NCBI GenBank assembly: GCA_043813875.1
Contig: JBDRKP010000027.1
Span: 1-26,295, forward strand
Length of the DNA: 26,295 bases
Direction of reading: 5' to 3'
DNA from: an archaeon
GTDB taxonomy: Archaea; EX4484-52; B79-G9
The notes beneath the pieces are model-generated. The model saw only the letters and a program-made list of their open reading frames with translations. It was not told the DNA's origin and made no database searches. Positions within the stretch are counted from its first letter, which is position 1, and every line of letters starts with the position of its first letter. The translations under genes were made by a program, and so were the position numbers. Positions 16,806 to 25,925 of the stretch are shown piece by piece.

Positions 16806-17327
16806 ATGAGATTTGTTAAAAAAATGCTGAGTAAAATTGGATTGAAAAGAAAAGGTATTACGCCTGTTATTGCGATTGTGCTTTTGTTGATGATGACTGT
16901 CGCTGCAGCAGGTATGGCTTATGTATGGATCATGAGTGTCCAGGAAGGTGTTGAGGCACAGGCTAATGAAGGTCTTGCGAAGCAACAGACTGATGCTTCT
17001 GCTGCGATAAAGATTGAAAGTGTGTGGAATTCGACAACTTCTGCTTATTTTGTACTGAGAAATACGGGTACTTATAGTTATTCTGATGAGGATGTAAATC
17101 AGTTTGCATATTATGTTGATGGCGTTCCTCAGACGACTATATCTCAGACCTGTGCTGGATCGACTTCAAAATTGAAGGCACCGGGTTCTATATGTGAAGT
17201 GCATTTAACAACCAGTACGTTCCCTGCGAGTGCGGGTGATACGAAAGTGATTTCGGTTAAATCGCCTGTCGGAAGGAGTGCGGAGTATTCCTGTACTAGA
17301 AAGAGTACAACTTCTTCAAGTTGTTAG
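16806..17327 (+). CDS. Archaeal type IV pilin-like protein (class III signal peptide)
   Basis: KRKG/ITPVIAIVLLLMMTVAAAGMAYVW, LRNTG; GGTGA RBS; T-rich tract downstream. Confidence 0.92.
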   Translation: MRFVKKMLSKIGLKRKGITPVIAIVLLLMMTVAAAGMAYVWIMSVQEGVEAQANEGLAKQQTDASAAIKIESVWNSTTSAYFVLRNTGTYSYSDEDVNQFAYYVDGVPQTTISQTCAGSTSKLKAPGSICEVHLTTSTFPASAGDTKVISVKSPVGRSAEYSCTRKSTTSSSC

Positions 17328-17415
17328 TTTATATGTGGGATAATTTTTATCCCTATCTTCTTTTTTCTTTTTTATGTTGCTTTATCTGTTAGTTGTCGAC
17401 TGTGATGTATTATCT

Positions 17416-17554
17416 GAACTTTTGCGTTTTTTTGCACTAAAATGAGGTATATCAAGTCGAAACACGCCGTTTATATGGAGATTTGTCGTGTTACAATCTG
17501 TTTCAGCAATCTCGACAACATTAGACTGCGTTTATTCAAAAAATGCAAAACTTC
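17416..17554. repeat. 139-bp segment bounded by 17-bp imperfect inverted repeats
   Basis: GAACTTTTGCGTTTTTT (17416-17432) versus AAAAAATGCAAAACTTC (17538-17554), 15/17 complementary. Confidence 0.4.
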
Positions 17555-17708
17555 GGATTATAATCCATAATAGGAGATTTGATGGGTGAGATGTGGAAAA
17601 TCCTGCGAATCTGTGATTCGCTTGGAAGATGAAAGCAATTTTCTTCGATTATTCATTGCTTTCAATTAGAATATTCGGTGTCTTTTTTTGGACTGGATTT
17701 TTCTGATA

Positions 17709-18539
17709 TCATTGCCCGTATTTCTGGATTATTATCAGTTCTTCTGATGTGAGTTTCTTTCCTTTTGTGAAGTCGTTGAAGAGGTCGTGAGCTTTTTGCT
17801 TCATGTCTTTTTCCAGTCTGGTTGCCTCAAGTTCCCGCTGCTTTTTTTCTGTGTTGATCTTTGATTCTCGATCTGTCTTTATCCTGTCGTGTTCTGTGAT
17901 GAATGCTTTGTGGGCATCATCTGCCTGTTTTTTAAGCTCTTTTATTTCCCTGAATTTCGGCGCGAGTTTATCTCTTAATTCTTTGATCTGGTTATAGTGG
18001 ACTATGAGCTCTTCGTGTTCTTTGTTGCCTGCGTGCTGGTTGTCGACAAGGAGCTGTTCTGTCAGTTCCAGCTCTTCACGCAGCTTGTTTATTTTTACCT
18101 GGCTTGTGATTTTTTTCCTGTCGAGCTTTTCGCGGGTTTTTGCGAGCGATAATAATACCTGCATTTTTTCCATGCGAGTGCGCATCTGTTCGTCCTGCTT
18201 TATGGTGTGGTGTCTTGTCTGGATGTCCCAGTCGAGCTTTTTGATTTCGCTTTTCAGTTTTGCGTGGTCTTTTGGTATGGGCTCGTATTTTACGGATTCG
18301 GAGTCGTTCTCTTTTATTATCTTTATGGAGTCTCTTATCTTCTCGTTGATGACCTTCCTTTTTGTGGCGAGTTCCTTTACGAGCTTGTTTTTTGAGTCTC
18401 TTCTCTCTTTCAGTTCGCTTATCTTCTCGTTGAGACTATTGAGCCTGTCTCTTTCTGATTTCATTTCTGAAAGGAGATTTTTGACGTTAGAATTCAACTC
18501 ATCTCTTTTTGCCTTCAGGCTGGCTAAAGAATCGCTCAT
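17709..18539 (-). CDS. Archaeal coiled-coil protein (COG1340-like)
   Basis: KRDELNS..., IKKLDWDIQT, ADDAHKAF, C-terminal GKKLTSEELIIIQ; heptad-rich throughout. Confidence 0.8.
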   Translation of the reverse strand: MSDSLASLKAKRDELNSNVKNLLSEMKSERDRLNSLNEKISELKERRDSKNKLVKELATKRKVINEKIRDSIKIIKENDSESVKYEPIPKDHAKLKSEIKKLDWDIQTRHHTIKQDEQMRTRMEKMQVLLSLAKTREKLDRKKITSQVKINKLREELELTEQLLVDNQHAGNKEHEELIVHYNQIKELRDKLAPKFREIKELKKQADDAHKAFITEHDRIKTDRESKINTEKKQRELEATRLEKDMKQKAHDLFNDFTKGKKLTSEELIIIQKYGQ

Positions 18540-18593
18540 ATGTAGCAATATAAGAACAAATAGCCTTTTAAAATTTACTGTCGCGGGTGGTGT

Positions 18594-19583
18594 CTAGGGT
18601 ACTTTTACGGATTTCAGTATCTTTTCTATCACGGTGTCTACTTTTACGTCTTCTGCCATGGCTTCGTAGCTTAGTATCAGCCTGTGCCTTAGGACGTCTG
18701 GGGCGATGGCTTTTATGTCTTCGGGTGTTACGTAGCCGCGGCCTTCCAGCAGTGCATGGGCTTTGCCGCCGAGGGCAAGGCATAGTGATGCACGGGGGGA
18801 TGCGCCGTATTCGATGTACTGGCTTATGTCAAGCCCGAAGTCTTTCGGGGAGCGTGTCGCTTCTACTATGTCTGTTATGTAGTCCTGTATCTTCTCGTCG
18901 ACGTAGATTGAGCGGGTGAATTTCTGGATCTCTATTATCTTTTGGGGGGTTATGATCTTTTTTACGGTGGGAATGTCGGTTCCTGTCATGCGGGCGATTA
19001 TGGTCTTCTCTTCTTTTTTTGTGGGGTAGAGCACGTTTATCTTGAACATGAAGCGGTCTATCTGGGCTTCGGGGAGCGAGTATGTGCCTTCTGTCTCGAG
19101 GGGGTTCTGGGTGGCCATGACGAGGAATGGTTTCGGGAGGGGTTGTGTCTCGTCGGCGATGGTTACCTGGCGTTCCTGCATGGCTTCGAGGAGCGCGGAC
19201 TGGACTTTTGGGGGTGCGCGGTTTATCTCGTCTGCCAGTATGAAGTTTGAGAAGATGGGGCCTCTTTTTGTCGTGAATTTGCCTGTGCTCTGGTTGTATA
19301 TTTTTGTGCCGGTGATGTCGGCGGGGAGCAGGTCCGGTGTGAACTGGATGCGTTTGAAGTCGGTGTGCACGCAGTCGGAGAGTGTCTTTATCATGAGTGT
19401 TTTTGCGAGTCCCGGCAGGCCTTCAAGCAGGATGTGGCCGTCTGATATAAGAGCGGTCATGAGCCTTTCCAATGGGTATTGCTGGCCGACGACAACTTTC
19501 TGTATCTCGGTAAGGACTTCGTTGAGGTCTTTGGAGTAGGCTTCTGCTTTTTTGTTGAGTTCTTTTATCTCTTTGTCGATCAA
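18594..19583 (-). CDS. MoxR family AAA+ ATPase
   Basis: GHILLEGLPGLAKT, RIQFTPDLLPAD, LADEINRAPPKVQSALLEAMQE, ATQNPLE, GASPRA, VLRHR; TTG 19583 lies 5 nt after GGTGA. Confidence 0.96.
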   Translation of the reverse strand: MIDKEIKELNKKAEAYSKDLNEVLTEIQKVVVGQQYPLERLMTALISDGHILLEGLPGLAKTLMIKTLSDCVHTDFKRIQFTPDLLPADITGTKIYNQSTGKFTTKRGPIFSNFILADEINRAPPKVQSALLEAMQERQVTIADETQPLPKPFLVMATQNPLETEGTYSLPEAQIDRFMFKINVLYPTKKEEKTIIARMTGTDIPTVKKIITPQKIIEIQKFTRSIYVDEKIQDYITDIVEATRSPKDFGLDISQYIEYGASPRASLCLALGGKAHALLEGRGYVTPEDIKAIAPDVLRHRLILSYEAMAEDVKVDTVIEKILKSVKVP

Positions 19584-19677
19584 TAGTATCACCCTTAAGA
19601 TGTAAGAATTTATGGTCTTTCTGTGTCATAATATGGTGCAGCCGATTAGATAATATTTCGGATAAAATATTATATGT

Positions 19678-20244
19678 CTATCTTCTTGATTTCAGGAGGT
19701 AGCCTATCAGTATGCCGAGGATTATGGCGAGGGCTATTACCAGAATTATGTCGCTGTATGGTATTGCCATGTGCCCTGTGTAGCCGGCTGCGGGTATGGC
19801 TGATTGGGGTGCTTGTTCTGCCATGTTTTCGGCGGCGCCTCTTACCAAGTCTTGTGATGATTCGGCTACTGCTTTGAGCATGGGTTGTCCTCCAGCCATG
19901 GGTGTTGCGAGTTTGGCGAGGAGGTTTTTTGTGGCTAAAGTGAGCGCTAATAGTGCCAGTGCCAGTGATATGAATATCCTTGTCTCTGTTGGCGATATGA
20001 TGTTTTTCCCTTTTTTTGTGAGTTCGTAATATTTCCATTTATAGCCTTCGTCTATCTGTTTTACGAGGTCTACGGATTCGAGGTTGTCTAGGTGTTCTTT
20101 TATGGTCGATATCGACATACCGAGGGTGTTTGCCAGTTCTGTTTGCGTTTTTCTTCTGATGTTCAGTTCTTTCAGTATCGAGATTCTTGTATCGGCTGCG
20201 AGCGCCTTGAATGTCTTCCTGTCAAGCGTGATCTTGTCGTCCAT
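19678..20244 (-). CDS. ArsR-type winged-helix regulator with C-terminal transmembrane segments
   Basis: FKALAADTRISILKEL, TELA...STIKEHLDNL, KWKYYELTKKG, then two hydrophobic helices. Confidence 0.88.
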   Translation of the reverse strand: MDDKITLDRKTFKALAADTRISILKELNIRRKTQTELANTLGMSISTIKEHLDNLESVDLVKQIDEGYKWKYYELTKKGKNIISPTETRIFISLALALLALTLATKNLLAKLATPMAGGQPMLKAVAESSQDLVRGAAENMAEQAPQSAIPAAGYTGHMAIPYSDIILVIALAIILGILIGYLLKSRR

Positions 20245-20432
20245 GACTATAATTTTTGTCGCGTATATTTAAAAGATATAGTTATTTGTTTCGGTATTTA
20301 CCTTACTGTTGGTGTACTTCTATTGTGTTCGGTTTTTTTATAATATCGATTCTATCGGCATGGTATGTACTGAAAGGGTTTATATATGGCATTGGGAATA
20401 TCAGTATTAATCGTATGATAGGCGGTGTTATG

Positions 20433-20576
20433 ATGTCATATCCAAGAAATCTGATAAGACAAAAAATGAAGCAGAGAATCGCAGAATTATCCCGGAGATA
20501 TCCATATGTCAAACAGACTGGATATTGTGGCCAGATGCTTCTTTCAAGCTATATGGTAATTGGTAATGTTCGATAA
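20433..20576 (+). CDS. Possible small basic protein (47 aa)
   Basis: GGCGGTG RBS-like site before ATG; TTTATATA upstream. Confidence 0.35.
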   Translation: MSYPRNLIRQKMKQRIAELSRRYPYVKQTGYCGQMLLSSYMVIGNVR

Positions 20577-20600
20577 ATGAGATTTAAAATATAAACAGGG

Positions 20601-20852
20601 GTGGTATTAGTGGATATAGAATCTGAGATGTGCCTGATAAGAAATAATCTGAGGGCTGAAGGGCTTTCTACAAAAGGAGTTTTTATTGAAGAGTTCAGGA
20701 AGAAAAGCCTCGAAGAAGAGAAAAAATGGTATCGAGCGAGGGAGAAAGCAAGGAACAGGATGAAAGAGCTTCAGGATATGTTCCCGTCTGCGTTTGGACA
20801 ATACCGGAAGGAGAGATTCGAACGTGAATTTTTCTTGCGGCATGGATGCTAA
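20601..20852 (+). CDS. Hypothetical small charged protein
   Basis: 83-aa ORF overlapping the next gene; TTTAAAA upstream; start uncertain. Confidence 0.45.
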   Translation: MVLVDIESEMCLIRNNLRAEGLSTKGVFIEEFRKKSLEEEKKWYRAREKARNRMKELQDMFPSAFGQYRKERFEREFFLRHGC

Positions 20853-21243
20853 TAAGAATTTTGGCAATCGTTGGCAGGATTTTGAGGATTATATCCTTAA
20901 AGTTGTCCAATGTTTTGCCAATGATGTTGATTTCAGGAAGGTGTTTTTTAACGATGAAAGGAAATTTGAGATTGATGTTGTCGGTTACTGGGATGATTTC
21001 TGCCTGTGCGTTGATTGCAAACTCTACGGGACTACAAGATACAGGAAACATTCGCTGAAAAATGAAGCAAGTAAACACGTCTTTCGGTGCATTGAATTTG
21101 AAAAGTGCATCAATCTGAAATGTGTGCCTGTGCTTGTCACTTTGCTTGATGATGGTATTTATTCTGAGTTTGAGTGCCTTATTGTGCCCTACTATAAATT
21201 CAATTCTTTTTTGTGTGATATTGAACAGTTAATGAAGCTTTAA
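20842..21243 (+). CDS. PD-(D/E)XK nuclease-fold protein (Mrr/restriction endonuclease-like)
   Basis: WQDFEDYI, FEIDVVG, VDCK pattern. Confidence 0.8.
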   Translation: MDANKNFGNRWQDFEDYILKVVQCFANDVDFRKVFFNDERKFEIDVVGYWDDFCLCVDCKLYGTTRYRKHSLKNEASKHVFRCIEFEKCINLKCVPVLVTLLDDGIYSEFECLIVPYYKFNSFLCDIEQLMKL

Positions 21244-21300
21244 CTTCGTTGTTTGTGGCGCGGTCTTAATAATATAAACTTGCGGTGATATAAGATTCTT

Positions 21301-21618
21301 ATGAGTGATTATGTAATTGCTGTGACAACTGTAAGTGATGAAGAACATATAGAACGTATCAAAGGGGCGGTCATTGACAAAAAACTTGCAGTATGCATGA
21401 ATGTGATTCCTTCTGTTGTGAGTTATTACTGGTGGAAAAACAAGGTCAAAAAGGATGAAGAGTTCATCATACTCATGAAAACTAAAAAAAGCCTTGTTGA
21501 GAAACTGAAGATTGCAGTGTTATCGAATCATCCATATGAAGTTGCTGAATTTATAGTCATTCCTTTTGAGGATATTGGTTCGCATTATCGTGACTGGATT
21601 GACGGGGTATTGGGTTAG
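21301..21618 (+). CDS. cutA: Divalent-cation tolerance protein CutA
   Basis: KLAVCMNVIP, SYYWW, EFIILMKT, HPYEVAEFI, YRDWI. Confidence 0.95.
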   Translation: MSDYVIAVTTVSDEEHIERIKGAVIDKKLAVCMNVIPSVVSYYWWKNKVKKDEEFIILMKTKKSLVEKLKIAVLSNHPYEVAEFIVIPFEDIGSHYRDWIDGVLG

Positions 21619-21980
21619 AATAAAATTATTGTTTTCTCTCGTTGTACATAAAGTATACAGAGTCAATAAAAAAGCTTGAAATCCCCCAATCATACCGAAA
21701 TTTCATGATTTTTTACATGCGCAATATCCTAAGTCATTATTTTTTGTTACTTGACCGTAAAGTATTTAAACTTTGGTATACTAAGAAGTGATAACACGCA
21801 AGACAGATAAATTAATAAGGTTTATGGTATAATTGAAAGGGTGATTGTTGAAGTTTAATTATGGAATAATTTATATTTTTTATAGTTATGAATAATTGTT
21901 CTTGTGTTTGTTGATAATTTGTAAATCATAGGCATATGTTCAGATACGATGTTTGTGTCGTTAATGTTGAGGTGAATATA

Positions 21981-22109
21981 ATGAATAATAAGCAGGCAAT
22001 GATAAGCCATTGGAAGAATAACCGGGATGATGCCTTAAGGCGTGGAATGCTTAAGGAAGTAGACAGAATCAATAAGATCCTGTTGTTCTATGGAAACTTT
22101 GACAACTAA
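21981..22109 (+). CDS. Small protein, 42 aa (not in ORF track)
   Basis: GAGGTGA RBS 5 nt before ATG; MNNKQAMISHWKNNRDDALRRGMLKEVDRINKILLFYGNFDN; followed by T-tracts. Confidence 0.55.
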   Translation: MNNKQAMISHWKNNRDDALRRGMLKEVDRINKILLFYGNFDN

Positions 22110-22137
22110 TTTCTTATGTTTTTGTCTATGTTTTTTG

Positions 22138-23358
22138 CTAGGCACTATATTTGGTGTCACGGCTTATTGATCTTCTTTTGTCTGTATGTTTTTTGGATAG
22201 TTTCAGGGTTATCTTATCTATCTCTTCCATCAGTGTCGAGAAGGTATCTATAGGATCCCAGCCCCAGTTTTTCGCGAATATCAGTCCAGCATCTGTTGTG
22301 AATTTGCAACGGAATGTATATTTGGTCTTATTTCCTTCTGCATGATATCCTTTTGCGTGGATAGTGAAGTTGTTGATTTTTGAGACATTTGATACCTTTT
22401 GTACTGTCTTGTCCAGCATGCGATGGATTTCCAGCTTCTGGAATTCGTCGATGTTTTTGAGGTCTTCCAGTCCTGATATCTGTATGTATTGTCTCTCTTT
22501 TTCTTTCATTGCTGCAAGAAACTGGATTATGTCTTTCGGGGCTATTATGCCTACAGGATAATCGTTGTCATCGGTGATGATGATTGTTGACGTGTCAAGA
22601 TTGATGTTCTCTTTTATTTTGTCGGTCAGGATGTCGTCGGGTTTGGCGATAACGAGTCTTGTTGACATCAATGATTTTACGGCTATATCGTGGTCGCTTA
22701 TTATGTCTGATATGTATCCGTGGGGTGTGCTGAAGCTGCGTGTCTCGGATGTGCCTGAATCTCTGCCGTATTGCTCTTTTGTCGATAATTTTCTTATCAG
22801 GTCGAGTGATTCGATTATTCCGGAGAGCTTATTGTTTTTGTCGATGATTGGTATCCTGCTTATGTTGTGTTCGCGGATTGTAGCTATGGCTTTTCCAAGC
22901 GTGTCTGTTTCGGTAAGTATTGTGGGGTCGGGTGTCGTGAAGTCTTTAACTTTTTTTCCGCTCAGGATGCTGTAATTGAGTATGGCATTAAGAATGTCGC
23001 GTTCGCTTACGATGCCGGATATTTTTTTTTCGGTGCCGACCGGCATTATCTTGTAGTTGAGCCTGTACATCTGTTCGACTATGTCTATTATGTTTGCGTC
23101 TTCTGAGATTATGGGTGGCTTGAATGTGAAGCTGTCGATCTTTGTGTCATCGGGGGGTCTGCGGTGTAGGGTTACGAGCTGCTTGTATCCGAATATGCCT
23201 GCGTATGTCCCGTTTTCGTAGACGATGAGGTTGTGGATGCGCTCGTTGTTCAGGGTTGATATTGCCCTGTTAAGGGTTTCGGTTTTTTCTATGCTTTTTA
23301 CGTCTCTCGACATGATGTCTTTTGCCTTGATTTCTGTAATTGAAGATTTTTTGTCCAT
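22138..23358 (-). CDS. CBS-domain protein (two CBS pairs) with C-terminal HPF/RaiA-like domain; candidate ribosome hibernation factor
   Basis: AKDIMSRDV, GIVSERDIL, ISRIPII, GIIAPKDII CBS repeats; C-terminal YIQISGL...TIHAK...KYTFRCKFTTDAG.IFAKNWGWD... Confidence 0.8.
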   Translation of the reverse strand: MDKKSSITEIKAKDIMSRDVKSIEKTETLNRAISTLNNERIHNLIVYENGTYAGIFGYKQLVTLHRRPPDDTKIDSFTFKPPIISEDANIIDIVEQMYRLNYKIMPVGTEKKISGIVSERDILNAILNYSILSGKKVKDFTTPDPTILTETDTLGKAIATIREHNISRIPIIDKNNKLSGIIESLDLIRKLSTKEQYGRDSGTSETRSFSTPHGYISDIISDHDIAVKSLMSTRLVIAKPDDILTDKIKENINLDTSTIIITDDNDYPVGIIAPKDIIQFLAAMKEKERQYIQISGLEDLKNIDEFQKLEIHRMLDKTVQKVSNVSKINNFTIHAKGYHAEGNKTKYTFRCKFTTDAGLIFAKNWGWDPIDTFSTLMEEIDKITLKLSKKHTDKRRSISRDTKYSA

Positions 23359-23391
23359 AGTAATATAATTATAGGGATAAACAATAAAAAC

Positions 23392-23994
23392 CTATCTGAT
23401 GTTGATGTGCCCGAATGGCATGACTGCAATCGGGTACCAGTCGCCAAGGTTCAACACTTTTGATACTTCCGGGTCTTTGAATGCGCCGATCACTACAGTC
23501 CCTATCCTGGTGTTAGCTGCAACAAGGCTCATGTTCTGGCATGCGTGGCCTGCTTCCATGAATACGTATCTTTCGCCGCGCGGGCCGTATCTTTTTTTTG
23601 TCCGTTCGAAGTCTCCTGTGATGATTATCGTGAATGCTGCATCTTCTATGAATTGCTGGTGGAAGCAGGCTGATGTCAGGTTTTTGGTGTGATCGCCGGG
23701 TTCTTTGAGTTCCAGGGCGTGCTCTTGCGGGTGGTAGTAGTATATGCCGTTGTCGAGTTCAGGGATGTTTTTTGTGATGACGAAGAGTTCCAGGGGGTAT
23801 ATCGCCCCGGCTGAGGGGATGGTTCGTCTTCCTGCCTCGCCGGTTATGCCTTGGGCTGACCAGAGGATTTTGGATAGTGTGTCGAGTTTTACTGGTTTTT
23901 TGCTGAAACTTCTTGTGGAGCACCTGTTGTAGATTGATTTTTCTAGTGCGTTTGCTTTTGATATGTCTATTTTTTTAAAGTGGATCAGGTCCAT
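23392..23994 (-). CDS. SagB/ThcOx-like nitroreductase family protein
   Basis: RCSTRSF, ILWSAQGIT, RTIPSAGAIYPLE, RYGPRGERYVFMEAGHACQN, IGAF. Confidence 0.92.
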   Translation of the reverse strand: MDLIHFKKIDISKANALEKSIYNRCSTRSFSKKPVKLDTLSKILWSAQGITGEAGRRTIPSAGAIYPLELFVITKNIPELDNGIYYYHPQEHALELKEPGDHTKNLTSACFHQQFIEDAAFTIIITGDFERTKKRYGPRGERYVFMEAGHACQNMSLVAANTRIGTVVIGAFKDPEVSKVLNLGDWYPIAVMPFGHINIR

Positions 23995-24083
23995 AATGGT
24001 CCCCGTGAGCGGTGGTTGAGGAGTTATATGGATGCGAAGAGTCAAATATCTTGTGGATTTTGGCTTATGTTATAGAAGAAGTG

Positions 24084-25223
24084 TTATGTCACTATGTCTT
24101 TTAGCCTGTCAAGTTTTAGGGCGGTCTTTATCTCTAGCATCGACAGGTCTATGGGGGATTCTATCTTCTCGTTGTGGATGAGCGATAGGCGGCGCATCTC
24201 GGGTGAGGTGGGGCCTACGCATGGGCAGCCGGGTATCCTTGGGGATACGTCGAAGACTACGAATTCGAGGCCGTCTTTTCCTTCGGGGATTGCGCCCTGG
24301 AGCGAGAAGAGGCCGATAATGCCTGGAGGGTATTCTTTTTTGCAGGTTTCCCTAAATTTTTCTGCTGCGTTATAGACTAAGATCTTTTTTGATTCGCGCA
24401 TGGTCAGTCCGTGGTGGCCTATCTCTTCGTTTTTTATTGTGATGTCGAGTTTCAGCTGGTCTTTTGCTGGAAGATTGAGGAGGCCCATGAGATTTGTCTG
24501 GATGCGGTCTTCGAAGCCTGCGAAGTCCAGTGTGCCTAGTGTTTCTATTGCGTAGCTCTGGAAGTTCGCGTTGAATCTTGGGGCTACTATGAATTCTTCG
24601 ATTACTGAGGTTTTCAGTTCGTTTTCGTCTATTATGTCCTGTCTTATGAGCTTTTGGGACTGTGTCTTGTAGTCCTCGTAGTCTTTTGCGTAGAAGAATG
24701 CGCGTTCCAATGGGTTGTTTTTCTGCTGGACCTTGATTATCGCGAGTGAGTCTATGTCTTCTGGCTTTTTGAATTTTTTCGGGGTTCTTATGCCTGCTTT
24801 TTTCAGGAGGTAGTACTGGTTCTTTTGTGCTGAGCGCTCTTCTGAGCGGAGGATGAACCTGTTGCCGTAGAGCGGGACTTTGAACTTGTTTTCGATGTTG
24901 TCGTAGCCTGTGTAGACTGAGAATGAGCGGTTTGGGATGAATATGGTTTTCATCGAGTTGAGCTTGTCTTGTGTTTTTTTGTTTATTATGTCTTTGAATC
25001 TGTCAAGGAGAATCACGTTGTCGTAGAGCTTTTTGCTGTATCTTGTGTAGAGGGTTTCTCTACCAATTTCAGCGATGAGTACTGTTTTGAAGCCGGATGC
25101 TTTTGCGGAGACTCCTATCTCTTCTGCAGAATGCGAGCCGAAGATGCCGATTGTCATGTCTTTTGGGTCTTTTATGTTTTTGTAGCCGTCGACCATGTCC
25201 TGGATTTCGGTTCTTTTTATCAT
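24084..25223 (-). CDS. purP: PurP-family ATP-grasp ligase (formate-dependent AICAR formylation)
   Basis: GSHSA, FIPNRSF, GNRFILRSEER, ERAFFYA, DRIQTN, GHHGLTMRES, PPGIIGLFSLQ, FDVSPRIPG. Confidence 0.88.
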   Translation of the reverse strand: MIKRTEIQDMVDGYKNIKDPKDMTIGIFGSHSAEEIGVSAKASGFKTVLIAEIGRETLYTRYSKKLYDNVILLDRFKDIINKKTQDKLNSMKTIFIPNRSFSVYTGYDNIENKFKVPLYGNRFILRSEERSAQKNQYYLLKKAGIRTPKKFKKPEDIDSLAIIKVQQKNNPLERAFFYAKDYEDYKTQSQKLIRQDIIDENELKTSVIEEFIVAPRFNANFQSYAIETLGTLDFAGFEDRIQTNLMGLLNLPAKDQLKLDITIKNEEIGHHGLTMRESKKILVYNAAEKFRETCKKEYPPGIIGLFSLQGAIPEGKDGLEFVVFDVSPRIPGCPCVGPTSPEMRRLSLIHNEKIESPIDLSMLEIKTALKLDRLKDIVT

Positions 25224-25398
25224 TGAAGATTATGGGTATTTCAGATTTATATTTGTTGGGGATATGAGTTTTTAACTGATTTATATGTTCTTTAATTTTT
25301 TAAGACCGCTCGTTGTTATTAATTATATTCTGCCCCTGGGTTTGTCGAAACCTATTTAAGTTTTCTTACGGTTATAGGAGTATTTCCTGTAATTATAT

Positions 25399-25872
25399 GT
25401 GTGTGATGAAATGGATGATAAATTTGGGCAACTTTTGGAGATGAAAGGTTCGGATTTTTTAAAGAATTATGAGCTAAATAAGATTAAAACTCCCGGCGAA
25501 TTGGCATATGAAGAGCTTAATCCGACTGTTTTCGTTTTTTACAAGGGTGCGCTTCGCACGCTTTACAGCGATGAGTTTTTACGGAACATAGACAGAAAAT
25601 TGGGTGAAGTCCTGTCTTCTGTTGATAATTCTGTCGGTAACAGTGTCACTGATGTTGATGGTTTTATAGTTTATATTAAAAAGCAGAGTCCATATTTCAG
25701 ATGCCCTGTTGTTGAAAATGATAGTCTTGACCCTGTCCAGCGTGGATTTCTGGAGGGGTTGGTTGACGAAAATATCCTGAATATGGAGATTGTCGATGGA
25801 GATAAAAGGCTGATGAGAAGAGCGCTGTACCTAATGATGTATGCTTTTCTGTCGAAGAAGCGGTCAAAGTAG
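25399..25872 (+). CDS. Hypothetical protein
   Basis: 157-aa ORF after AT-rich promoter-like region; alternative ATG at 25411. Confidence 0.6.
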   Translation: MCDEMDDKFGQLLEMKGSDFLKNYELNKIKTPGELAYEELNPTVFVFYKGALRTLYSDEFLRNIDRKLGEVLSSVDNSVGNSVTDVDGFIVYIKKQSPYFRCPVVENDSLDPVQRGFLEGLVDENILNMEIVDGDKRLMRRALYLMMYAFLSKKRSK

Positions 25873-25925
25873 ATGCAAACTCTGGTGAGAAGAACGATAA
25901 AAAAGAGAAGGATATCTTTTTTGGA

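Noticed and set aside
21619..21980. Possible replication origin in the AT-rich gap
   Set aside because: No ORB-like repeats recognised and no cdc6/orc1 gene in the window.
23392..23994. SagB-like gene as part of a RiPP (azole peptide) cluster
   Set aside because: No YcaO, ThiF or precursor peptide gene nearby; stand-alone members of this family are common in archaea.
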